From NCBI RefSeq assembly GCF_001194135.2, contig NC_068995.1, forward strand, positions 468,035-532,034: a DNA stretch of 64,000 nt, in the 5' to 3' direction. The stretch comes from Octopus bimaculoides. Its lineage: Eukaryota. This document shows, one piece after another, positions 24,791 through 37,369 of the stretch; position 1 is the stretch's first letter; every line of letters starts with the position of its first letter. The notes beneath the pieces are model-generated. The model did not search any database, had not been told where the DNA came from, and saw only the letters and a program-made list of their open reading frames with translations. A program made the position numbers and the translations under genes.

Positions 24791-27637
24791 NNNNNNNNNN
24801 NNNNNNNNNNNNNNNNNNNNNNNNNNNNNNNNNNNNNNNNNNNNNNNNNNNNNNNNNNNNNNNNNNNNNNNNNNNNNNNNNNNNNNNNNNNNNNNNNNNN
24901 NNNNNNNNNNNNNNNNNNNNNNNNNNNNNNNNNNNNNNNNNNNNNNNNNNNNNNNNNNNNNNNNNNNNNNNNNNNNNNNNNNNNNNNNNNNNNNNNNNNN
25001 NNNNNNNNNNNNNNNNNNNNNNNNNNNNNNNNNNNNNNNNNNNNNNNNNNNNNNNNNNNNNNNNNNNNNNNNNNNNNNNNNNNNNNNNNNNNNNNNNNNN
25101 NNNNNNNNNNNNNNNNNNNNNNNNNNNNNNNNNNNNNNNNNNNNNNNNNNNNNNNNNNNNNNNNNNNNNNNNNNNNNNNNNNNNNNNNNNNNNNNNNNNN
25201 NNNNNNNNNNNNNNNNNNNNNNNNNNNNNNNNNNNNNNNNNNNNNNNNNNNNNNNNNNNNNNNNNNNNNNNNNNNNNNNNNNNNNNNNNNNNNNNNNNNN
25301 NNNNNNNNNNNNNNNNNNNNNNNNNNNNNNNNNNNNNNNNNNNNNNGTGGTGGAGGTGGCGGTGGTGGTGGAGGTGGTGGTAGGCAGCAAGAGGAAATTA
25401 CTAATTACCAACTGGATGGTATGTTTAAGACAAAACTGCTGCTCATAAATACCACCTTGAGGTGTAACTACTTCCCCCTCCATCCTTGCCCTCCACTCTT
25501 TTCCTTCACCATCGCCCACCATTCTAGCCCTCCACCCTTGTTCTCCACCATCTTCCTTCATTGTCGCCCTCCATCCTTGCCCTCTACCTCCAATCTAATC
25601 AAAGTCGAAATAAACCAAAGAAAGAAAAAAAAAGAAATTCTTCTCACATTTGTTGTTCTGACAATTGTTGTAGTTTTTGTAGTTGTTCTTGTTGTTGTTG
25701 TGCTTTGATCGGAGTAACTCCAATCATGACCACCTCGTCTTTTTATTCCGTTAGGATTACATTGTCTGATGCGTCTTTGCCTTTTTTTTAAAGATAATGA
25801 GTGACCCGAGAGAAATTTCTTTGCTATGTCTAGCAGATTAATCGTCCACGTAGTGCCTTTATTATCAAGTTATTGACCAGTTGTTGCTGTTGTTGTTGTT
25901 TCCCCAACACCACTGCCCCCACCACCATAGACTGGCACATGGTCAAAAATTTATGCAGTGACTAGAATTATAGTAGATTAAATCTAAAGCAGTTCCCCAG
26001 GGCGGATCATCCCCACCCATCGCCCCTTTCCTATGCTACTGGTTTCTAGTATTTGTTCTGACTCTTCTGCGTTTTGAGTTCAAATCCTGCCCAAGTCAAC
26101 ATTGTCTTTTATCTTTATGGGGTCAATAAAATAGTACGCGTCCATGGTGGCGTATTGCATTGATAGACTCTGTAAGCGCGGGGGGGGGGGTTTACACAAG
26201 GTGCCTTGTGGTATTTATTCTGGTTCTTTGTCTTCTGACAGCAGTGTCTGTAACAACATTGGAGACAAGCTGTTCTGGCCTAAATCGATGGCCATTTGCT
26301 TTGGCTAATATTGAGGACATAGAAATGTGAAATCCTCATGCACAGACAGCTTCCACGCTTCTTCAAAACAGTGTTACATAGGTCTAAGGGTCAACATTGA
26401 CCGTCAGTGGTCCTTACATTTATTCCAACTCCTTCCGTTTTGGTTTCAAATTACTTTCTAGCCTGCTTGAGTGGAAGATTTAATCCGTCTCTCGATTTAA
26501 CGCCACTACCTGGTTATTGGGGGACATTAAACGAAGTTCCCAATGCTGCAAGTAATCGGACTGGGCTTCCAGCTTGCGGATAACTCCCCTCCCTTTCTAC
26601 CCCTCATTCTCCCTCTCCCCCAATCCCCACTAATCTCGGAGGTTTAATCTATATCAGTCACTGACAATAATCTTTCCTTATCTTCTCATATGTCTAATCC
26701 CCTCATTTGCATGCATAAGATTTGATGAATCTAACTCGACCGTTATTTTTTCTTACCAATGGCGTCCCTGAGTATATTTTTCACAATTATTAAGAACCAT
26801 ATATCTCTTTGCCTAATCATCATCAACTCATATTCCAAACTTCTCAATTCCTTTTAACAAGTTCTTAGTTTTAATAGATTTTTCGAGATTAGTTTTCAGT
26901 TATTACATTCCATATCGTCTTTCGCAATGTTTACAGAAAGCACATTCTACATCGCAGAGATTCCATTCTTTAGACTAATCTGTCTGTTCTCCAATGAATT
27001 TCCTCCTCTTTTCACACAGGCTCACCTTTCTGTTTTAATTTAAATAATTTATTCCTATCTTCAAATAAGACAGAACGGATGTAGTTTGTGGAAATTCGGT
27101 TGTTATTTCTAGCCGAACGATTGACTGTATAGAAGCCCTATCGTGAGATCGAGGAACTCCATCGTTAAGACATGACAAGCATCTCAGATGTTATGACGTC
27201 ATAATTTCATTCTCATCGTTTAAGACGGACACGTATTTCTCTATAAAAATCTCAATTAACACAGAGTTTTTTTTTTTTTATCTGTCGCATATGGTTGGAG
27301 TCCAAAACAAGCGACAAGATGGAGGTTATTTTTATATTTGTTTCTCTGAGTAATTTGTGTTTGTTATTTACGTCTCGCGAAGAATTATCACTTCTTTTTC
27401 TTATTTGTGTTTTCTATTTATGTATATCATGTGAATGTATGATGCAATAGTTTACCTGTGTAGACGTTAGCTAAGACAGGTGTTTGCCAGTCACCTGTTA
27501 GGACAGGAATTTCAAAAATATAAGAAATGTGAGGACGTTCACAAGTATCGAGTCGCGTGGTGGGAAGGGTGGGATGAATTCATGTTTTATATTGTCTGCT
27601 TTAGTATGGATGTCCTTACTCGAACAACGTACTGTTT

Positions 27638-27679
<42 letters not shown>

Positions 27680-28854
27680 TGTATACAGGGAGAGAGAAAG
27701 AGAAAGAGATACATACATGCATACAATTAGAACAATTGAAGGACGTGTCGATTCTTTACGGCCATTTCTAACGAAGTTTTTGATTAGTGGGTACATTATA
27801 TCATTATAAAGAAACCGTTTTCGTCAGAGGAGTACATGAACTTTACAATCAAAGACATTTAAAATAATCTTTGAGAAATAATTTAAAATCCACGGTAACA
27901 TGTTCAACAATTCTGTCACTAGTTTCAGAAGCACTTTTGAGCCTGCTCCTCCCGTGTTCTGAAGTATATTATGGACTGTGTATTTAATAAAATGTCCGTG
28001 TCTGAATAACTCAAGAGAGGGTTATATATTCGGTTGGGTCCAATTAACAGTATAAATGACCTTGTGCCTAGAATACAAATGATTATTTTATTTCTACCAG
28101 TCTTTTGACTATGCTGGGTCACTTCCTTGAAGGGTAAGTCAAACAAAATGCCCCAGTATATATTTACCCCTGGTACTTACTCTATCGGCCTCTTTCTACC
28201 TGACCGTTAAACTACAAAGGTGCAAATATAAAGATGCATACATGCACCCACATATATACACATGCGCTCTCTCTCTCATACACACACACACACACACACA
28301 TAGACGCACACATGTACATAAATATATTTATACCTAGCTAGCTTTCGCTGCTCTTATCTCTCTCCTACTCTATATATACATACACACACAAATTTATGTG
28401 TATATGTGTCACCAGTATTGTTATAAAGCAACGTTATCATGAGCCATATTATTTTTTTGTAGAAACAAAAATGCTTATCTGCTTCGGTGGAACTGTGTTG
28501 AAAGATCGTGCGGTGTCAGTTGTCAGAAAAAGACTATTTATACCAACAGAAGCCTTTATTCCTTCCTATATATCTGTTAGTCTGTCTGTGTGTCTATCGT
28601 GCTGTTAATTTGTAAATCTATTATACTCATACCTACACACCAAAACCTTTTCAGTTTGTTTTCCTTGAGCCTGTTTGGGAACATAATGCTAGTAAGCATA
28701 AGCATGGATTATATGTAGCTCAGTCTCCTAAGCCTGATAAGCTAGGTTCGTATAGAGAGCCTACAAAACTTTAATCGCATAGAGGCGAATCAAACTGTTG
28801 TTAAATAAGAACAACAAAAACAACAACAGTAATAATAACGGTAATAATAATAAT

Positions 28855-29339
28855 TATGGACAATTTCATAGGAATGTCGAAGATGAGACAGACAGAAAAA
28901 AGGTGGCTGTGGATGACCGTATGGCATATTATCAGTTACTGAACGCCATTATCCCAGGAATATTAGCCAATTCGATCGCACCACCCGAAAGACAATGACA
29001 ATGCATGGTGCCCTCTACTTTAAGGGGAACGTACACAGGCTCTACATGAAGAAGTGTAAAGGTGGACGTGGGCTGATTAGCGTACGGTAGTGCATTAACA
29101 GTGAGAGAAAAAAGATAGTAAACAGCAAACAAGATCTGCTACAGTATGCTGTTAATGCAGAAGGATTTACCAACAATGGAGTGGAGGGTGCCAACGAATT
29201 CCGATCACGAATAGCCAGCGAGAGAGAAGAAACTCTACTCCGCATGGAATTACATGATCAGTTCCGCCGTGAAACTAACAAATTAAAAGACCGGGAAGTA
29301 TCATGGAGGTGGCTCAGCAAGGGTGACCATAAAAAGGAA
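28855..29339 (+). mobile_element. Second, divergent R4/Dong-like LINE relic (two out-of-order pieces) next to an (AAT)n tract
   Basis: YGQFHRN..D....WLWM at 28855-28915, then FDRTTRKTMTMHGALYFKGNVHRLYMKKCKGGRGLISVR*C...LHDQFRR..D..VSWRWLSKGDHKKE. Confidence 0.8.
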
Positions 29340-29340
29340 T

Positions 29341-29621
29341 ATACCACCAGCATTGTCTAAACGACCGCAATATTAGTTTCGGAATTCATCCAAGGCTAGG
29401 ACCACGGGTCATACGTCTCCTACCCAATTTAGGATCACAACACATAAATATATTGCAACACAATTTCTTTTCTTCAACAGGCTCTGCCCTATTTAACATT
29501 GTCCCGAAACAGGTCATAGGAAAAGGACCCCATCACCTTTAAACGGAGTCTGGATAAATTTCTTCAAAGAATACCAGATAAGCCACCTATATCTGGATAG
29601 AACTCACTCAACAAGAACTCC
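29341..29621 (+). mobile_element. CR1-group LINE ORF2 C-terminal relic
   Basis: IHPRLGPR..R, LQHNFFSSTGSALFNIVPK, FKRSLDKFLQRIPDKPP match the GP.LFN.LP / FK..LDKFL..IPD.P ending of CR1-group ORF2. Confidence 0.65.
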
Positions 29622-30248
29622 NNNNNNNNNNNNNNNNNNNNNNNNNNNNNNNNNNNNNNNNNNNNNNNNNNNNNNNNNNNNNNNNNNNNNNNNNNNNNNN
29701 NNNNNNNNNNNNNNNNNNNNNNNNNNNNNNNNNNNNNNNNNNNNNNNNNNNNNNNNNNNNNNNNNNNNNNNNNNNNNNNNNNNNNNNNATATATACACAC
29801 ACACCATGCCAACTTTAGGACGAAAACTTCTAAATGCAGTGAGTGGTATTCAATCTCGGTTCTGCAGTTAATTTCCCTTCTTCCAAGTATGCCGAAGATG
29901 TACAAGTGACGTGTAAAGCTCGTATCGTTACACATATTCGCTCTGGCATTGAGAACACTTTTAATATTAGTCTGCTTCTTCATCAGTTCTCCTTACTAAA
30001 GTTCTTCTTCATTTCTGTATATTATATCGTATTAGTTTCATTTACTCGAAGGTATTTGCTACTCCTGTTTTAATTCTTCGGTTTCAGCCTCTAAAGCTAC
30101 CTTAATGCTTTGAGCGTTAATTAATTTGCCTCTTCTTAGTCTACCTGACACATTTGCCTAATCTCATACATACTTTCATATTACTGCTTAATACTACATG
30201 GACAGGCTTAATGCCTTCTCCAGCTGCCTGTTGTCTCTCATATGTACA

Positions 30249-30313
<65 letters not shown>

Positions 30314-30605
30314 CATACATATTATATAGATACATATATACAGGCATCATATGTATATACATATATACATGTACATATATATATATACGTACGAACATAC
30401 ATACACACCACATATATAATTATATATATATATGCACATTTAAATCAGTTTATAGAGAGGACTGTTGTTTAAAATAATAATGATGATGATAACGATGATT
30501 ATTATTATTATTATTATAATAACTACATGTTCTTGAGATGTGTGCACCACTTTCTTCTAAGAATGTAGAACTGTTTCTGCACAGTGCAACTGTAGTTGAT
30601 AGATA

Positions 30606-30651
<46 letters not shown>

Positions 30652-31061
30652 ATGAGCTGAGAGAAATAACTGGTCACGCATGTGGTCAACGTATCCTCTT
30701 CGTTTTCTCTGTAGGATTTCTTGTGCTGTTGATTTTAGAACGCCGAGTCACACCCGATCTAAATAAATCAAGCAAACTTGTGACCAAAGTCGTTCCAGCC
30801 ATGACTTTGTTATCTATGTAATTTCAGACATTCTATTTGTAAGAATATATCATTCAACGGCATCCTTCTTTTTTAAACCTTGCAGGGAGCTATTTACGGG
30901 AGTTGTTACTAGTATTTCTAGCATTTCGCTGCTCCTCTTTGACGATAGCATTGTTGAAGTTAGTAAAGGTGATAGTGGTGGCGGTGATGGGGATGGTGAT
31001 GATGATGCAATACGAATATAGCTGCTCCACACAGATTTTTAGACGGTACCGTTAAATCTAG

Positions 31062-31193
31062 GATGTCTTCAGCAGCAGAATAAACAGCAGGGTGATGGTG
31101 TCGTCATAACAACTTTTGATCCAACTATTTGCTACAGTGATATCGCTAACAACTATGGCCGACAGGATACCTTTTCTTTTCCCTTTGATGCTG
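31062..31193 (+). CDS. Candidate exon A of an unidentified gene (GCLQQQNKQQGDGVVITTFDPTICYSDIANNYGRQDTFSFPFDA)
   Basis: 132 nt, phase 1-1, consensus donor G|GTAAGT, only one open frame. Acceptor aaatctag| or, alternatively, gatttttag| at 31043 (phase 0). Confidence 0.35.
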
Positions 31194-32013
31194 GTAAGTC
31201 TGCCTGTTGCACAGACATCGTAGTTCCACGCTGTTCTCGTTAGTGCTAGGTCTGTCTGCAGCAGTTTGGCTCACCATATTCCACACTCCACTCTCTTTAC
31301 CTCCACCCCCCCCCACACTCTGCACTCCACTCTCTAAAGCACATACACCACACTCCACTCTCATCACATTACTCCTCACACTTCACATGTTATACTTCAC
31401 TTGTCAGTCCCACTTAACACACCCCACCCACATTCTTTTTCACGCACTATACTCACACTCTTTCCCTCATTTGACACCACACTCTCCCTCACTCCACTCA
31501 ATACGCCTCACTTAACATTCCTTACTCTTTACACTCCAGATTCCAGTCACACTACTCAATACATCACACTTCAAATTCCTCATACTCAACACCTTCACTC
31601 CCACTCTCTTTATACCACACTCATCCTCACTCCTCCCCGACCACCCCTTATTCTTAACACTCGATATACAGTCCATTCTCGTATCAAATCTCTCATCTTG
31701 GACATCAGAAAGCAAAAACATTTTTAGACCTTTCCAAACAAACACCCGCTTCTTCCCCTTTTATTTTCATTCCATATATTCCCCCCCCCTCTCTCTCTCT
31801 CTCTCTTTTTTCCTTGTTTCCTTCCTACCTTCCTTCCTTTCTTTCTTCCACCTCTACGGCTACGTTTCCATCCACTTCAAGAAGTTCTCTTCAAGTACAG
31901 AATAACGATTCAAAATGTCTTCTAAACGTTTGAGTAACGAAATATCGTTGATGTCAATACATCTCTTTTTTTTTATTATCACAGAATCGGTCTACAACAA
32001 TAACAACAACAAT

Positions 32014-32232
32014 AATAGTCCTTTCCACTTTAGGCACAAGGCTTGAAATTTTGATGGGAGGGGACTAGTCGATTGAATCGGCTCCAGTGTTTCAGTGGTA
32101 CTTAATTTATCGACCCAGAAAAGATGAAAGTCAAGGTTGACCTCAGCAGAATTTGAACGCAGAACGTAGTGATGGGCGAAATACCGCTAAGCATTTCGTC
32201 CAGCGTGCTAACGATTCCGCCAACTCGGTGCC
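32014..32232 (-). mobile_element. SINE family 1, full-length
   Basis: Reverse complement of the 46872-type sequence including B-box GTTCAAATTC. Sits within an AAT-rich tract. Confidence 0.9.
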
Positions 32233-32360
32233 ATAATAATAATAATAATAATTCTTGCCTTAATCTCTTTCTGCGAAGTGTATTGAGAAAATCCAGGCCT
32301 ACCTATGAGCTTTCTAAAAAAAAAAGGAGGAGGGGAGTGAAAATAAATTCCCTGCTATAC

Positions 32361-32403
<43 letters not shown>

Positions 32404-32734
32404 CAATATATGAGTATATGCATATATATGTACATACCTTCATCTACATGTACATATAGATACATAACTGGGTACATGACGTGGCAAAAGAACATGGACA
32501 AAATGATAAACAAGGTACAACAAACAAGNNNNNNNNNNNNNNNNNNNNNNNNNNNNNNNNNNNNNNNNNNNNNNNNNNNNNNNNNNNNNNNNNNNNNNNN
32601 NNNNNNNNNNNNNNNNNNNNNNNNNNNNNNNNNNNNNNNNNNNNNNNNNNNNNNNNNNNNNNNNNNNNNNNNNNNNNNNNNNNNNNNNNNNNNNNNNNNN
32701 NNNNNNNNNTATATATATATATATATATATATAT

Positions 32735-32821
<87 letters not shown>

Positions 32822-33359
32822 TATGTTATGCTTATACAAAATATGTATAAATATACAGTATGTTTTATACAATACAAAAATGATGCAAGATATATACGAG
32901 TTATTTTGACAAGTTCTAGGCGTGTAGATATTTGTTGCCAAACTGCCAATCACCTTTGAAGACGGTTATTGCCCGTTATCGCTTAAATATTTTGCAGACA
33001 ATTATTTGATATTAATGGTGGTGGCGTGGTGTGTTGGTGCGGCGAACAAATTGTCTTAAGCTTTTAATTACTCATTCTTAACATTCTGAGTTATAGCCTG
33101 GGCGTGTCGGCTTTACCCTCGTCGTGTTATTATTATTTTCGTTTCTGCTGTTACTTTGTTCTATATGAGTTGATCCAAATCCCTCAAGTTAGAGTAAGTC
33201 CAGCATTTCATTACCAATGGTATTAGTGACCGACACTGATAAATTCTAGGGAAAGGAGACCAGAATCAAAGAACTAAGAGTCTGTTAAATTTGTTATAAT
33301 TCAGCTTTGAATGAGTTTTAAGAGAATCTTTAATTTTCTGGTTGACAATGTTTTCCTTT

Positions 33360-33802
33360 GTTTACAGCAATGCTTGAAAGGAACGTGTATAGTGTGTGAT
33401 CGTCGCAGTGACCATGACAGAGAGAGTTGCCATGGCGATACCTGCTCAGAAGCTTTTGCAAGGTTGCAGAAAGTGTGTGGAGAGGAGTATGTGAGCTGCA
33501 CACAAGTGTACGAGTGGTTCAGACGATTCCAAGATGAGACACCCACAACCAGTAGAACTGAGAAAAACATCGTAGATGTGCGTGCAACTGTGAGGGGAGA
33601 TCGTCGAATGACGATCTGTGAGTTATCCACAGGATGTGCAGATTAGTTGCAGTTCAGTTCAGTCGATTATCAATGAAGATTTGGGAATGAGATGCATGCC
33701 TGCCAAGTTTGTGCCAAAACTGCTTTCAGCTGACCAAAAGGACACTCGGGTTTGAAATCTTCTTGATGGGTCAAGAACGATGAAAACTTTTTGGAAACTT
33801 TG
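33360..33802 (+). mobile_element. Mariner-family 5' fragment (HTH domains to just before the first catalytic Asp)
   Basis: GDTCSEAFARLQKVCGEEYVSCTQVYEWFRRFQD, TSRTEKNIVDVRA..RGDRRMTICEL, EDLGMRCMPAKFVPKLLSADQK, NDENFLETL. Confidence 0.82.
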
Positions 33803-34062
33803 CGTAGGCCTTTGAGCAGGTATCGCCAAGCTTTTGACAGAACTTGATGCAGATTCTCTGCATGGTCGTGGTCAATGCGACAATCACACGCTACACACGT
33901 TCCTTCCAAGCACTGTTGTAAACAGCGGAAGTGAGCTAGTTCGGTAAAACTTAGTGCGCATGCACAGCAGAGTTCAAGGTCAATCTGTGTCAAGCGGCTT
34001 CACTCTGCGTGCTAAGCTTCGTTACTATGGCAACAGTCCGGATACTTATTGAAGAGACCATG
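33794..34062 (-). mobile_element. Second copy of the same mariner family, 5' end with TIR-like terminus and flanking TA
   Basis: Minus strand: TA-CATGGTCTCTTCAATAAGTATCCGGACTG, then a leader shared with the copy at 33360, then MQRICIKFCQKLGDTCSKAYAK. Confidence 0.82.
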
Positions 34063-34125
34063 TATGTATATATATATATATATATATACATATATATATT
34101 ACTAAACGTTTCAACTACTTCTCCT

Positions 34126-34177
34126 TATCGCGCTACTAATAGTTTCCGTACATGCGTCCGTTCATCAGGCGTCAATC
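34126..34177 (-). ncRNA. Type I hammerhead-ribozyme-like motif with intact catalytic core
   Basis: GAUUGACGC CUGAUGA A CGGAC GCAU GUACG GAAA CU AUU AG UA/GCGCGAUA. Stem II 4/5 bp, stem III 3 bp with AUU loop, GUA cleavage triplet, stem I 3 bp extendable past a bulge. Confidence 0.62.
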
Positions 34178-34225
34178 GCCTCATTGGATGGACAACTCTT
34201 CGTATTGGCTTTTACGCAGCTAATT

Positions 34226-34258
<33 letters not shown>

Positions 34259-34601
34259 NNNNNNNNNNNNNNNNNNNNNNNNNNNNNNNNNNNNNNNNNN
34301 NTATATATGCGTGCGCGTGCGCGCGCGTGCTTGTGTGTGTGTTATATACTGCCCATCAAAGTTTAATGGAATGTGCTACACACACTCTCTCTCTCTTTCT
34401 TTCTCTCTCTCTGTTATGTTAACAATTAAATCAGAAGTTCCGCCATAAATGTCTGCAAATAAGTAAAACAAAACACAACAAAACACAAACAAATGGTAAA
34501 AACAAAAACCCAAAACGAGAATCTTTCCAAATAAACAAACCAAAATCTTCTCAAGGCTCCTAAACATGTTTGTTGTGGCTTTTCATGTTTCACACTGTTG
34601 T

Positions 34602-34690
34602 TTCTCTTGTTCTTCTTCTTGTTGTTTATCTCGTTCTTCTTCTTGTTGTTTATCTCGTTCTTCTTCTTCTTGTTGTTTATCTCGTTCTTG
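34602..34690. repeat. Minisatellite, ~24-27-bp unit (TCTCGTTCTTCTTCTTGTTGTTTA), about 3.5 copies
   Basis: Seen directly. Confidence 0.85.
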
Positions 34691-35913
34691 TAACATTTTA
34701 TTAGTTTTTGCTGATACCATTTCTGTTGTTAATGCCGTTGTTGATGTTGTTGCCTTTAGAGCTCACGTTGATTTAGTAATCAAATATTGTTGTTGTTCTT
34801 GTTCGTTTTGTTCCTAAATTCGTTGTGGTTGTTGTTGTGATTGCTGACATTTTAATTGCTCTCCTCCTCCTCCTCCTCCTCCAATCGCATTCGACGTTGT
34901 TGTTGTTGCAATTGTTTAGACTGAAGTCGGTACTGAACCGTAGAGTTGTAATCAGAAGCATTCCGCCCATGGCCGCTTCGCCTTTTCATACATACTTTTT
35001 GTCATGCTAAATGACTGTAGATAAGGTGTGATTTGAGGGAGATCAAGCTACTATTTCATGCTGGCCGAACGACTGACTAGAGGCTTACTCATAGACTAAT
35101 ATCGTTCTATAGTGTTGTTGTTGCTGTTGTAGTGATTGTGTTAAAGAGAGAATAACATGTCTGTTCTGACATAATTGAAATAGTAGACAATCAGGAAATT
35201 AAAAATGGCATGTGTCGAGAGAGAGAGAAAGAAATTGAATTAGTGTTAACAAATGTAATGTGTTGTGAACATAAAATGATCAAATTAGAAATAATCAACC
35301 GATAAGGAAATTGCAATATTAACTCAGTGAATATTGTAGCTTGAATCAGAATCATTTTAGCAAAACACGGGAGAAAGCTTCGAATATGTTTCCATCTTAT
35401 TAGTTCTCCTCAGTAAAGCAGAAGTTTTACTACATTTGCCGAATACATATGAGGTTATCATTAATTATATGTGATATATTGTATATATGTGGGGGTGGGG
35501 TAGAGATAGCATATTTAAAGAAAAGAATAAATCATTGAGATGAATTACTCTGAGACACCATTCTCAAAACACGATGCTTAAATTGCAAATTTAATATAAT
35601 CGATATAAAAATAATCTGATAGGATATGCCTTCGCACTGCAAAAAAGGCATTCACTTAATGACCCTTCAGAAAGTAAGGAGCCCCCCCCACACACACACA
35701 CACATCTATATATAACAGTCAAAACTCTTATTTAAATCGCCAAAATACACTTTACGCACAATTGCATTATATTGCAATACACTTGACAAAATTTCAAGCC
35801 TGTCGGGTTTTCAATATAACTCTTGCGCAAACACCCATACAGAGACCAACACTCATATACTCTACATACACGCGCAGGCATATGAATAGTGCATGTGTCG
35901 AATTCTGTAACAG

Positions 35914-36100
35914 TGGATCATGCTAGAGTCGACGGTGATCTTAAGGAACGTATCATTCAGTTGGAGCAACGTAGGATCTACAACTTCCAGAAGTCTTCAC
36001 TTATAACTCAATTGTTGATGATCAGGACAGTGTCAACTGCCCCGCTGACTTCTTTAACTTGCTAAGAGCATGATAGGCGCGAAGCCAACGATAACTTTCT
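35914..36100 (+). mobile_element. Helitron PIF1-like helicase relic
   Basis: LQLPEVFTYNSIVDDQDSVNCPADFFNLL resembles the Helitron helicase segment QLPGE..TY.SID....D.AVNYPTEFLNSL. Flanked by ILRN-like and IGA.P-like remnants. Confidence 0.55.
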
Positions 36101-36678
36101 GATCGGCCATAACCAACAACTACATGAAATGTATGTATGTATTTATGCATTTCCATATATATAAATACACACATCTGCGCAGCCGTGGCTGGATGCTTAA
36201 AAGTTTCGCTTAGCAAACACGTGATTTTGGCTTTATTAGTTGTGTGCGTCAGCTTGGACAATTTGCAATACTATAATTCCGGATTGATCGAGGCTTTGCG
36301 ATTGAATTTGGCAGACAGAAACTGTGAGCTGTTCGTCGTAAATATGCATATATATATATATATATATANNNNNNNNNNNNNNNNNNNNNNNNNNNNNNNN
36401 NNNNNNNNNNNNNNNNNNNNNNNNNNNNNNNNNNNNNNNNNNNNNNNNNNNNNNNNNNNNNNNNNNNNATATATACACATACATTATACTTATATATATG
36501 TTAAATTCAAATTACGATAAACGTAAACAAACAAACGAAGTTTGCTTTTAGAAGCGTTGACATGTCTTAGAAAGTTAAAGAAGTGATTTTAAATTCTCAA
36601 ACGCAGGATAATGCTAATAATATAGCCTGAACAGGATAAACTACCCCTATTTTGCAAACAAAAAGTGTAGGTGGTTAG

Positions 36679-36716
<38 letters not shown>

Positions 36717-37225
36717 GTATGTATCTATATGAATGTGTGGGTGTGCTGTATGGTTCTTTTATATCAATTTACGCATTTTCGTTTGATTTCCTAACAGTTT
36801 GTTTTGATACAAAACTTCCAAAATCTACCATCAACATTTTTCGACCATTTCAGACTCATTTTCTGCCTCTTGTAGCAGCAATGTTGATGTTGCTGTTGTT
36901 GCAACCATTTCATTTTGGGCAGGGCGTTCACATAACCACAATAATTTCAATTTTGTTTTGCAACGATAGATTTAAACGTCATCGGGGAATTGTTTATTTT
37001 TGTTGTGGTTATTGAATGTTTCGTATGTGTTTATTTTAGAAATGTGACGTGATATGTCTTTTCGCCTCCATCATTAATCGTCTATTTTCATTGAGAATTC
37101 AAATAAACAAATACAGCAAGCTCAAGAACAATGCAGTGCAATAAATACGTCAGATGTTTCAGTTATGAAAAATAAACGAATATCATAAAATCTGCTGCCT
37201 GAATCAATATACGCGCGCGCGCACG

Positions 37226-37264
<39 letters not shown>

Positions 37265-37369
37265 GCATATATGTACACACATATACATAATTATATACGT
37301 ATTTAAATGCATACACTCTTACAAACACACATGCACACACACTAACACACATATATACATAGATACATA

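Noticed and set aside
28126-28140. Consensus donor GG|GTAAGT
   Set aside because: It lies inside a reverse-oriented SINE family 1 fragment.
28714-28752. GTAGCTCAG...GGTTCG, a tRNA A/B-box look-alike
   Set aside because: Spacing is too short and no cloverleaf forms. No genuine tRNA or rRNA gene was seen in the window.
30882-31030. Strong acceptor ttttttaaaccttgcag followed by open frames
   Set aside because: The frames stop before, or are out of phase with, candidate exon A; no good donor; part resembles a SINE tail.
34602-34690. Regularly spaced repeats as a possible CRISPR array
   Set aside because: Tandem units with no unique spacers, in a eukaryotic context. No CRISPR array in the window.
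35914-35970. Apparent 57-nt phase 1-1 exon (VDHARVDGDLKERIIQLEQ) that would fit between candidate exons A and B
   Set aside because: An overlapping frame matches Helitron helicase motifs better, and the donor is only moderate.
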